Source of the DNA: an uncultured Clostridia bacterium | GTDB taxonomy: Bacteria; Bacillota; Clostridia; Christensenellales; CAG-917 | NCBI GenBank assembly: GCA_934254715.1 | Contig: CAKQLT010000001.1 | Span: forward strand, 4,095 to 68,094 | Direction: 5' to 3' | DNA: 64,000 nt | Part shown: positions 1 through 7,663 of the stretch, in pieces | Numbering within the stretch: position 1 is the stretch's first letter | Layout: each line of letters begins with the position of its first letter | Notes under the pieces: generated by a model | Told to the model about the DNA's origin: nothing | Seen by the model: only the letters and a program-made list of their open reading frames with translations | Databases searched by the model: none | Translations under genes and position numbers: made by a program

Positions 1-1
1 T

Positions 2-2833
2 CGTAGACTGAGTTTTGACGGAAAAGGCAAAGACCTTGCAAAGAAGTATTATCTTTGGATGCTCTTGTGCGTTGTCACGTTCGGCATATATTCGATATTC
101 CTTGCCGATAAATTGCACAAATGGGTGATTGAACACACGCACTATGACGGAAACGAGGGCGGAGAATCGTCATACGACGGCAAAACGGGCGTCATTTTCG
201 GCTTCAAGTTGGCGGCGTTCTTTGCGGGTGCGTTTACACTCGGTCTTGCAAAACCGTTTGTCGAATGTAAGCGTGAAAACTACCTTTGCGAGCATACGAG
301 CATAGACGATTCGCACTTGTATTTCGACGGCACGGGAAGCGGACTTTTGAAAAAGCAGGTGCTTTGGGTTGCGCTCACGATTGCAACTTGCGGCGTATAC
401 GCAATGTGGCTTAATCTTCAAAAAGAGCAATGGATTTGCGCAAATAAGTCAAACGACAACGTTGACTTGGGCGAAAGCGTCGCAACTGTGTTGACACCCG
501 AAGAAAGAGCGCGCATCGCAGAAGAAAAGAGATTGCAACACGAGCAAGAGCGTGCTCGGCGCGCACTTGAAAGACAACAGAAAAAAGAACGCTTAAAAGA
601 GATGAAAAAGACGCCGCAAGGCAAACTTTCAAGCGCATTGTTTGCCGTTGCTACGATACTTTTTGCAGTGGCGTTCGCATTGATGATTGCAATGCTCGTC
701 GAAGGTTCTTACGCTTGGTTTGAACCGTCGTCGAAAGCGCTTATTGCGTTCGAGGTTATTTTCTCTGTGGCAACGGCGGCAATGATGGCAGGTTGCATCG
801 TTTGCTCGAAAAAAATACAACGCAAGGGACTTGCGATTGCCGCAATCGTGCTTATCGTATGTTCGGTCGGAACAATGAGCGCAGGCTTTTTCGGCTCGTC
901 GCAAGCGGTGAAATACTCAAACGTCGACCCGTTTTTCTATGAACTTTTAGAGGACGGTACATACGGTGTGTCGTTTTATGGTTCTGACGACGATTACGAG
1001 ATGAAAGTTGCGAAAGAATACGCTATTGACAAATTGGCAGGAAATCTTGTTATACCGTCAAGTTATAAAGGTGTTCCGGTTACTTCAATAGGCGGTCTGT
1101 GGAAATCGTTTGTTAACAATTCCCATTATGCCGACGATAATGACGTAAGCGAAAGCAACGACAAAATTACAAGAATAACAATCCCCGATTCAATAAAAAC
1201 AATAGAAGGCGGGGCATTTGAAGGTATGAGCGGAATCACAGAAATAACGATTCCCGCAAGCGTTGAGTATCTCGGTTACGGTGTGTTTAGGAATTGTACA
1301 AGTCTGACAACGGTCTACTGGAATTCGTCGGCAGAAATACAAAACAACAACGGAATATTCTCTGGCTGTACAAATCTTGCAAATATCGTTATCGGTGAAA
1401 ACGTGACACAAGTTCCGTATTACATTTACAACAATGAATGGCTTAACAACCAACCCGAAGGACTTGTCGTTGCAAACAACTATGTTTATGGATATAAAGG
1501 GGCGATGCCGTTTAATTTGACAATACCGAATGGCATTACGGGTATCGCAGATAAGGCCTTTTATAGTGAAAATTCACTTTCGAGTGTGGTTATTCCCGAT
1601 TCCGTAACCTACATAGGTGACGATTCTTTTTCAGGATGTTGGCGACTAGTGAAAATCACTGCATCAGCAAATAATGTAAGGAAAGTAATAAGGCAAAGCA
1701 AATTTCGATTCCTACAAGAGGTTGTCATAACAAGTGGCACAAAGATAGATGGCGTTTCTTCGTCGTGGGACGGTGGCGTATTTCCTAGTAGCATAACCAA
1801 AATAACAATTCCCGATTCCGTAACAAGCATTGGAGAGAATGCGTTCTATGGTTGCACAAACATTGAAGAAGTTCACGTCGATTCATTGGAAAGCTGGTGT
1901 GCAATTGAGATGTACAGCAATCCTCTAGCGGTTGCGTCTGATGCCAAATTGTATATCGATGGTGAAGTCCCAAGCGGCAATTATGTAATTCCCGATGGAA
2001 TAACAACCATTCCGGCATATACGTTTAGAAATTGCACGGGTTTGACGAGCGTTACAATTCCCGATAGCATAACAAGAATTAATTCGTATGCGTTCTATGG
2101 TTGCATCGGTTTGACAAGCGTTACGATTCCCGATAGCGTGACATATATGAGTGATTATGCCTTCGAAAACTGCAAAGGACTGACGAGTATAACCGGCTCG
2201 GCAGATAACGTAAGTGCAGTGGCAAAGAATGCAAAATCGACATCGTTTGTGGCGAAAATAACAAGCGGAACTAGAATAGACTATTCTGCTTTCTCTAGGT
2301 GCACGGGTTTGACAAGCATAACAATCCCCGATAGTGTAACAAATATTGATAGTGATGCGTTTTACGGTTGTACAAACTTGCAAACCGTGTATTACGGTGG
2401 AACTAAAGCACAATGGGATAATATATCTATCTCTTATTCAAACAACAACTATTTACTATACGCAACGAAAATTTATGTTGATGGAACGCAAGAGAATACA
2501 GAGACCGGCACTTCTTTTGATGATGCTATCACACTGCATTCCGGATACCGTTATACCGTCAATATCACAACGGGCGGTCAAGTCGTGTATTTCAAGTTTA
2601 TCCCAACCAGAGATGCATATTATCGCATTGAACCATCGTATGGTTATGCCAGAAAACAAGGAACACTTTATGATTCGTCAAGATCGTACTTAAAATCTGA
2701 CAACGGATTTAATTACGGAAGTAATTATTATTTCTCAATTTCATACGAAATGACAGCGGGAGAAACTTATTACATCGCAGTCGGATTTTATGATTCCTCG
2801 ACAACGGGATCGTTTACGGTTTGGATTAGTTGA
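2..2833 (+). CDS. BspA-type leucine-rich-repeat surface protein, 5'-partial (DUF898/YjgN-like membrane module, charged linker, TM helices, LRR array, C-terminal PPC-like domain)
   Basis: The frame is open from nt 2 to the first ATG at 59, so the gene probably continues upstream of the window. LWMLLCVVTFGIYSIF and TCGVYAMWLN resemble the paired T-x-G-I/V-Y membrane hairpins of DUF898. There are many ~23-aa units of the type ITIPDSVTxIGxxAFxGCTxL (BspA/LRR_5 style). The C-terminal YFKFIP...GETYYIAVGFYDSSTTGSFTVWIS fits the pre-peptidase C-terminal (PPC) pattern. Confidence 0.8.
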   Translation, partial: RRLSFDGKGKDLAKKYYLWMLLCVVTFGIYSIFLADKLHKWVIEHTHYDGNEGGESSYDGKTGVIFGFKLAAFFAGAFTLGLAKPFVECKRENYLCEHTSIDDSHLYFDGTGSGLLKKQVLWVALTIATCGVYAMWLNLQKEQWICANKSNDNVDLGESVATVLTPEERARIAEEKRLQHEQERARRALERQQKKERLKEMKKTPQGKLSSALFAVATILFAVAFALMIAMLVEGSYAWFEPSSKALIAFEVIFSVATAAMMAGCIVCSKKIQRKGLAIAAIVLIVCSVGTMSAGFFGSSQAVKYSNVDPFFYELLEDGTYGVSFYGSDDDYEMKVAKEYAIDKLAGNLVIPSSYKGVPVTSIGGLWKSFVNNSHYADDNDVSESNDKITRITIPDSIKTIEGGAFEGMSGITEITIPASVEYLGYGVFRNCTSLTTVYWNSSAEIQNNNGIFSGCTNLANIVIGENVTQVPYYIYNNEWLNNQPEGLVVANNYVYGYKGAMPFNLTIPNGITGIADKAFYSENSLSSVVIPDSVTYIGDDSFSGCWRLVKITASANNVRKVIRQSKFRFLQEVVITSGTKIDGVSSSWDGGVFPSSITKITIPDSVTSIGENAFYGCTNIEEVHVDSLESWCAIEMYSNPLAVASDAKLYIDGEVPSGNYVIPDGITTIPAYTFRNCTGLTSVTIPDSITRINSYAFYGCIGLTSVTIPDSVTYMSDYAFENCKGLTSITGSADNVSAVAKNAKSTSFVAKITSGTRIDYSAFSRCTGLTSITIPDSVTNIDSDAFYGCTNLQTVYYGGTKAQWDNISISYSNNNYLLYATKIYVDGTQENTETGTSFDDAITLHSGYRYTVNITTGGQVVYFKFIPTRDAYYRIEPSYGYARKQGTLYDSSRSYLKSDNGFNYGSNYYFSISYEMTAGETYYIAVGFYDSSTTGSFTVWIS

Positions 2834-2850
2834 ATTTAAAAGCGCAAAGG

Positions 2851-2879
2851 AAAAGGACTGCAAAACGCAGTCCTTTTTC
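2851..2879. terminator. bidirectional intrinsic terminator between the LRR gene and dut
   Basis: aaaaggactgc-aaaac-gcagtccttttt: an 11-bp stem flanked by an A-run and a T-run, lying between convergent genes. Confidence 0.65.
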
Positions 2880-2920
2880 ATATGTCGTTGCAAAATTACG
2901 TCGCTTTAAAAGTCGGTTTT

Positions 2921-3367
2921 TCACATCTTGCCCGTGCTGCCGAAGCCGCCTTGTCCGCGGTCGGTGTCGGTTAAGTTTTCCACTTCTTCAAAGTCTGCGA
3001 CAAAACAAGGGGCAATCACAAGTTGCGCAATGCGTTCCTTATCCTCTATGGTTTGAGGCTCGTCCGAATGGTTGTGCAAAGACACGATAATTTCGCCTCT
3101 GTAATCGCAATCGATAACGCCAACTTTGTTTGCGGGCGCAAGCGAGCGTTTGCTTGCAAGTCCGCTTCGAGCATACACGAGTCCGACAAGACCGTCGGGA
3201 ATCTCGATTGCAACGCCCGTGTGTACGAACACGGTTTGATGAGGCTGAACGGTGATTGCTTTCCCCTCGCAAGCGTACAAGTCCGCCCCCGCGGAAAACT
3301 GCGTGCCGTATTTGGGTATTATTGCGTTTTCGTTCAGTTTTTTGAGTTTTACGGATACGTGTTGCAT
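2921..3367 (-). CDS. dut: dUTP diphosphatase
   Basis: dUTPase motifs AGADLYA, VIDCDYRGEI and RGQGGFGSTG are present. The ATG at 3367 (MQHVSVKLKKL) is preferred over the GTG at 3382 used by the ORF track. Confidence 0.9.
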   Translation of the reverse strand: MQHVSVKLKKLNENAIIPKYGTQFSAGADLYACEGKAITVQPHQTVFVHTGVAIEIPDGLVGLVYARSGLASKRSLAPANKVGVIDCDYRGEIIVSLHNHSDEPQTIEDKERIAQLVIAPCFVADFEEVENLTDTDRGQGGFGSTGKM

Positions 3368-3381
3368 AGTTTTTGTTTTCA

Positions 3382-3590
3382 CAGCGATATTGCACTTATG
3401 GTGCAGTGATATTGTCTTACGACAGCGATATTGTTGCTTCGCAACAGTGATATTGCGACTTTGTCGCAGTTGCGGAATATTTGAATTATTTCATATGTCA
3501 TTCAGAGAAGCAACATCGTTGCGACGTAGAAATCAAGGCGACAGCCGCATTTCGCTACGCTGGATTCCCACGCTTACGCTCGGAATGACA
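3382..3590 (+). repeat. composite structured intergenic repeat, copy A (4 tandem RYGATATTG+hairpin units, then gttgcggaatatt, then a tgtcatt...gaatgaca palindromic core)
   Basis: The units are cagcgatattg[tgcac-ttat-ggtgca], gtgatattg[tc-ttac-ga], cagcgatattg[ttgc-ttcg-caa] and cagtgatattg[cgac-tttg-tcg]. The core shares gttgcggaatatt, tgtcatt, ccgcatttcgctacRctggattcc and gaatgaca with copy B at 46719-46949, in the same orientation. Confidence 0.6.
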
Positions 3591-3730
3591 GCGAATCATT
3601 CGGCTTCGCAGCCGCCCAAACGATGCTCGTAGACAGGCGGAGCCGAACAATATAGAACGACGAAGAATCGTTGTGAGCATCCACTTCCGCCGTTGCAACT
3701 GCCGAGCCGCCTCAAAGTTGCAACCCCTTA

Positions 3731-3764
3731 TGTCACAAACAAATGCTCTGATTTGTTTGTGACA
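3731..3764. other. perfect 14-bp-stem hairpin in the guaA-dut spacer
   Basis: tgtcacaaacaaat-gctctg-atttgtttgtgaca. There is no flanking U-run on either strand, so it is not an obvious terminator. Confidence 0.4.
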
Positions 3765-3784
3765 GGACGTTTGCGCCAAAATAT

Positions 3785-3816
3785 TTGTCAAGCCATCTTG
3801 AAAAGATGGGTGACAA
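3785..3816 (-). terminator. probable guaA terminator
   Basis: On the minus strand the sequence reads ttgtcacccatctt-ttc-aagatggcttgacaa followed by atatttt. It sits immediately 3' of the guaA stop. Confidence 0.45.
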
Positions 3817-3841
3817 GTGTTTTGCATCCGGCGCAATTATA

Positions 3842-5365
3842 TTATTCCCATTCGATAGTCGCCGGGGGCTTCCCCGTCACATCATAGCACACGCGGCTTA
3901 TGCCTTTCACTTCGTTGACGATGCGCGACGCCATTTTCGTGAGCAAGTCGTATGGCAAGCGAGTGTATTCCGCCGTCATAAAGTCGGACGTGGTGACCGC
4001 TCTTATCACGACGACGTAGCCGTAGTTGCGGTAGTCGCCGATTACGCCGACCGATTTCGTGTCGGTGATGACTGCAAAATATTGGTCGGATTTGATTCCG
4101 CTTGCGGCGATTTCTTCACGCACGATTGCGTCCGCGTCGCGCAAGACGTCGAGTTTCTCTTTGGTTATTTCGCCGATAGTGCGGATTGAAAGTCCGGGAC
4201 CGGGGAAGGGTTGACGATTGACGAGATAGTCGGGCAAACCGAGTTTTTTGCCGATTATGCGCACTTCGTCTTTGAAAAGTCCGCGCAAGGGTTCGACAAG
4301 ACCCGTGAACGGCATATCTTTGGGCAAGCCGCCGACGTTGTGGTGGCTCTTGATGTTTGCCGAGTTGTTTGCGCCCGATTCGATGACGTCGGGATAAATC
4401 GTGCCTTGCGCAAGGAAGTCGTATCCCTTTTGCGCGTTTGCAACTTCCGCAAAAGTCTTTACAAATTCCTCGCCGATAATTTTTCTTTTGCGTTCGGGGT
4501 CGGTTACGCCTGCGATTTTGGAAAGGAATTTCTCGCTTGCGTCCACGACTTCGAGTTTGAGGGGAAGGGGCGCAAACGCTTCTTTGATTTGTTTGGTTTC
4601 GTCCTTGCGCATAAAGCCGTGGTCGACGTACACGCACAGAAGTTGGTCGGGAATGGCTTTGCTTATGAGAGCCGCCACGACTGAACTGTCAACGCCGCCC
4701 GAAAGACCGAGAAGAACTTTCTTGTCGCCGACTTTTTCGCGTATGAGTTTGATTTGGGTGTCGATGTAGTCGTCGAGCGAGTAGTCGCGCGTTGCGCCGC
4801 ACACGTTTATGACGAAGTTTTCAAGCACCTTGTTTCCGTTGAGCGAACGCTCGACTTCGGGGTGGAATTGTACGCCGTAAATATGTTTTTGCTCGTTTGC
4901 GATTGCCGCGCACGGACAATCCGACGTGGTTGCCACAACCTTGAATCCGTCGGGAACTTGCGCAACGTAGTCGGTGTGGCTCATAAGCATTTCTTCTTCG
5001 TCCGAAAGACCGTCGAAAATCGCGCAGTCGCCGATGAAAACTTTTGTTTGACCATACTCGCGCACCGTGCCTTCCTTTACGACGCCGCCGAAAGAGTGGG
5101 CGATGTACTGCATACCGTAGCATATGCCCAAAATGGGTACGCCCAAATCGAACACGGCTTTCGAGCAACGCGGCGAATTTTCGAGATAAACGCTGTTAGG
5201 TCCGCCCGTAAATATAATGCCGATAGGGTCGATTTCTTTGAGTTTTTCCTCTGAAATGCAAGACGGCTCGACGACGGAATACACGTTCATTCTGCGCACC
5301 GAGCGCGCGATGAGTTCCTTGTATTGTCCGCCGAAATCCAGAACGAGAATGGTTTGGTTTTTCAT
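3842..5365 (-). CDS. guaA: GMP synthase (glutamine-hydrolysing)
   Basis: There is an N-terminal amidotransferase region (GICYGMQ, FHPE), an ATP-pyrophosphatase SGGVDSS loop and a C-terminal GKPPATIEWE. The ORF-track start at 5545 is trimmed to the ATG at 5365 (MKNQTILVLDFGGQY), which is preceded by AGGAGA. Confidence 0.95.
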   Translation of the reverse strand: MKNQTILVLDFGGQYKELIARSVRRMNVYSVVEPSCISEEKLKEIDPIGIIFTGGPNSVYLENSPRCSKAVFDLGVPILGICYGMQYIAHSFGGVVKEGTVREYGQTKVFIGDCAIFDGLSDEEEMLMSHTDYVAQVPDGFKVVATTSDCPCAAIANEQKHIYGVQFHPEVERSLNGNKVLENFVINVCGATRDYSLDDYIDTQIKLIREKVGDKKVLLGLSGGVDSSVVAALISKAIPDQLLCVYVDHGFMRKDETKQIKEAFAPLPLKLEVVDASEKFLSKIAGVTDPERKRKIIGEEFVKTFAEVANAQKGYDFLAQGTIYPDVIESGANNSANIKSHHNVGGLPKDMPFTGLVEPLRGLFKDEVRIIGKKLGLPDYLVNRQPFPGPGLSIRTIGEITKEKLDVLRDADAIVREEIAASGIKSDQYFAVITDTKSVGVIGDYRNYGYVVVIRAVTTSDFMTAEYTRLPYDLLTKMASRIVNEVKGISRVCYDVTGKPPATIEWE

Positions 5366-5562
5366 ATGTTCTCCTACAAAGGTTAATTCGATATGTATAT
5401 ACAAAAGTTTTGACGTATATAAAAGATTATATCTAATTCTTCGCCCAAAGAAAAGCGGATTGTAAAACAAAATAGAATTAATGAAAAATAAATGTCGCGA
5501 GGATTTGCCGACCGAAACAAACGACGATTTGCTAAATATGACCAAAACGACGGTTTATATTG

Positions 5563-5592
5563 AAAAAAGAGCGTGATAAACGCTCTTTTTTG
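5563..5592 (-). terminator. pyrG intrinsic terminator
   Basis: On the minus strand the sequence reads aaaaaagagcgt-ttatc-acgctctttttt, directly after the pyrG stop. Confidence 0.75.
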
Positions 5593-5613
5593 TCGGTATC
5601 GGGTTGTTTTCGA

Positions 5614-7209
5614 TTAATGCTCTCGTTCTTTTGCGGCTTTGACGAACGCGCTGAAAATCGGGTTGGCGACTTCGGGACGAGAGGTAAATTCGGGGTGGAA
5701 CTGTACGCCAACGAAGAAGGGGTGGTCTTTGACTTCCACCGTTTCGACGATGCGTTCGTCGGGGGACTTGCCGCTTATCACCAGACCGCCGTTTTCAAAA
5801 TCGGCAAGGTAGTCCGAATTGAACTCGTATCTGTGGCGGTGGCGTTCTTCGATGACGTCTTGATTTGCATACGCTTCTTTGATTTTCGTGCCGTCTTTGA
5901 GGGCGCAGGGGTATGCGCCGAGTCGCATAGTTCCGCCGATTTTTTTGCCTTTTTTGTCGGGAAGTATGTCGATGACGTGGCTGCCGTTTTCGGAAAATTC
6001 GCCGCTCGTCGCGTCCTTGATTCCGAGTACGTCGCGGGCGTATTCGATGACGGTGACTTGCATACCCAAACAAATTCCGAGATAGGGGATTTTGTTTTCG
6101 CGCGCGTACTTGCAAGCGCAAATCATACCATCTACGCCTCTCGTGCCGAAGCCGCCGGGGATTATGATTCCGTCAACGTCTTTGAGTTTTTCGGCGACGT
6201 TTTTGTCCGTGAGCGTTTCGCTGTCAACCCATTTGAGGTCTATGCCCGTCTTGTTTGCGCCGCCCGCGTGCTTGATTGCTTCGACGAGCGAAATGTACGA
6301 GTCGCGCAAGGATACGTATTTGCCCACGATTGCGATTTTCGTCTTGACGGACGTGATTTTGAGGTCTGCGACTTTTTCTTTCCACTCGGTGAGGTCGCAC
6401 TTGTTTGTGAGCGAGAGAGCCTTGCTTATCGCCTTGTAAAGTCCGTTGCGATTGAGCATTGCGGGGGCGTCGTAAAGGCATTTTACGGTTGTGCTCGGCA
6501 CGACTGCGTGTTCGTCGATAGAGCAGAAAAGCGAAATCTTTTTGATTATTTCTTCGGGCGGTTTTTTGTCCGAGCGCGCCACGACGACGTCGGGGAATAT
6601 GCCGAAGCGTTGCAGTTCGCGCACGGAATGTTGCACGGGTTTGGACTTAAATTCGTCCGAGCAAGACATATAAAGAAGCAAACAGACGTGTACGAACGCG
6701 CAGTTTTCTCTGCCTACGTCGAGGCTGAACTGGCGCAAGGCTTCGAGGTAGGGTTGGCTTTCGATGTCGCCCACCGTTCCGCCTATCTCGGTGATGAGAA
6801 TGTCCGCGCCCGTTTCGTTTGCGGTGTCGAGTATGTGCTGTTTTATCTCGTTGGTGACGTGCGGAATGATTTGCACGGTTTTGCCGCCGTACTCGCCGTT
6901 TCTTTCCTTGTTGAGAACGTTTTGGTACACTTTGCCGCTCGTGAGGGTGGAACTCTTGGTGAGGTTCTCGTTTATAAACCTTTCGTAGTGTCCGAGGTCG
7001 AGGTCGGTTTCCGCGCCGTCGCGGGTTACGAACACCTCGCCGTGCTGGGTGGGGTTAAGCGTACCGGGGTCGATGTTCATATAGGGATCGAATTTTTCGA
7101 TATACACGCTGTATCCCGCCGACTTCAAAAGTCTGCCGAGCGACGCTGCGACGATTCCTTTGCCGAGTCCCGAAACGACTCCGCCCGTTACGAAAATGTA
7201 CTTGCTCAT
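5614..7209 (-). CDS. pyrG: CTP synthase
   Basis: MSKYIFVTGGVVSGLGKGI N-terminus, a GICLGMQ amidotransferase and a VQFHPEF motif. The start is trimmed to the ATG at 7209, which follows GGAGG. Confidence 0.95.
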   Translation of the reverse strand: MSKYIFVTGGVVSGLGKGIVAASLGRLLKSAGYSVYIEKFDPYMNIDPGTLNPTQHGEVFVTRDGAETDLDLGHYERFINENLTKSSTLTSGKVYQNVLNKERNGEYGGKTVQIIPHVTNEIKQHILDTANETGADILITEIGGTVGDIESQPYLEALRQFSLDVGRENCAFVHVCLLLYMSCSDEFKSKPVQHSVRELQRFGIFPDVVVARSDKKPPEEIIKKISLFCSIDEHAVVPSTTVKCLYDAPAMLNRNGLYKAISKALSLTNKCDLTEWKEKVADLKITSVKTKIAIVGKYVSLRDSYISLVEAIKHAGGANKTGIDLKWVDSETLTDKNVAEKLKDVDGIIIPGGFGTRGVDGMICACKYARENKIPYLGICLGMQVTVIEYARDVLGIKDATSGEFSENGSHVIDILPDKKGKKIGGTMRLGAYPCALKDGTKIKEAYANQDVIEERHRHRYEFNSDYLADFENGGLVISGKSPDERIVETVEVKDHPFFVGVQFHPEFTSRPEVANPIFSAFVKAAKEREH

Positions 7210-7279
7210 ATGTGTGCCTCCGTGTGAATATTTGTGCTTTTGTGTGCGATTTTGCGTTTTTCGGGGCAGTTTTTGCCTC

Positions 7280-7343
7280 AAAAAAACAAAAAAAAGGCGT
7301 TTTTTTTTAGCAACTTTCGTTTGCCAAAAAGAAAAACGCCTTT
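7280..7343 (-). promoter_or_regulatory. terminator-like hairpin inside the pyrG 5' leader (candidate attenuator)
   Basis: On the minus strand aggcguuuuu pairs with aaaaacgccu (10 bp, 27-nt loop) and is followed by uuuuuuuuguuuuuuu. It lies 70-130 nt upstream of the pyrG ATG and downstream of the predicted promoter. Confidence 0.45.
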
Positions 7344-7444
7344 TCAGGTCCTTTTTTATTCGTTTCCCGTCCTTTGAAAAACGCCTCGATTTTTGCCGAG
7401 CGACGCTTTGAAAAGCAGTCCGCTTTTTTCAAAAAACAGTTGTA

Positions 7445-7472
7445 ATAATATCATATTTTCGCCGTATGTCAA
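7445..7472 (-). promoter_or_regulatory. candidate pyrG promoter
   Basis: On the minus strand the sequence reads TTGACA, a 16-nt spacer, then TG-a-TATTAT (extended -10). Confidence 0.5.
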
Positions 7473-7598
7473 CGACTTTTTTGCAACTTTTTTCAAAAAA
7501 ATTTCGCCGTATATTTTTATGTGTACACGCGTGCGGTTATGTTTTAACACGATTATATAAAATATAACAAAAATACAATATAAACCGCGTTTGAGGTA

Positions 7599-7627
7599 TT
7601 GACACGCGTTTTACGGAAATGTATAAT
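7599..7627 (+). promoter_or_regulatory. sigma-A-type promoter of the BMP lipoprotein gene
   Basis: TTGACA, a 17-nt spacer, then TATAAT. Both hexamers match consensus, and the site is 37 nt upstream of the ATG. Confidence 0.65.
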
Positions 7628-7663
7628 TTAATCATCCTAAAAAAATCATAAAGGAGAAAATTT

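Noticed and set aside
170-2693. Numerous 60-160-aa ORFs on both strands inside the LRR gene
   Set aside because: They are nested within a 924-aa ORF with a clear repeat architecture. They have no start-site signals, and their translations reflect the nucleotide repeats of the LRR units.
3382-3480. Possibility that the constant-box/variable-hairpin arrays are mini-CRISPR arrays
   Set aside because: The units are only about 16-23 bp in total and the variable parts are self-complementary hairpins rather than spacers. There are only four units and no cas genes or leader in the window.
3252-3632. 126-aa ORF (…MSFREATSLRRRNQGDSRISLRWIPTLTLGMTA…) and the similar 46652-46924 ORF
   Set aside because: These are translations of the palindromic repeat cores (tgtcatt...gaatgaca). 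The same peptide-like strings arise wherever the repeat occurs, and there is no ribosome-binding site.
5366-5545. N-terminal extensions in ORF-track calls (guaA to 5545, pyrG to 7281, ferredoxin reductase to 18790, CrtI-like to 20190, LysR to 24743, antiporter from 24126, transketolase from 60692, zinc-ribbon protein from 49969, response regulator to 49151)
   Set aside because: In each case an internal ATG preceded by a GGAGG-type site coincides with the conserved family N-terminus. The upstream parts translate promoter or neighbouring-gene sequence.
5366-5560. Purine riboswitch or T-box upstream of guaA; riboswitch in the ~130-nt leader of the nitroreductase gene (55270-55410)
   Set aside because: I read both leaders on the relevant strand and found none of the conserved junction or loop sequences of purine riboswitches or T-boxes. 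Only short generic hairpins are present.
5560-7227. 555-aa plus-strand ORF, and the analogous long ORFs at 9104-11170, 16096-17289, 17417-18619, 18622-20130, 21320-22207, 22185-23723, 27663-29309, 34690-36021, 36396-39080, 39497-41068, 41709-43313, 45494-46516, 47217-48428 and 62598-63740
   Set aside because: Each is the codon-register antisense of a gene with clear family motifs. Their translations are low-complexity (R/V/F/A-rich) with no motifs and no ribosome-binding sites. They exist only because the sense genes avoid TTA, CTA and TCA.
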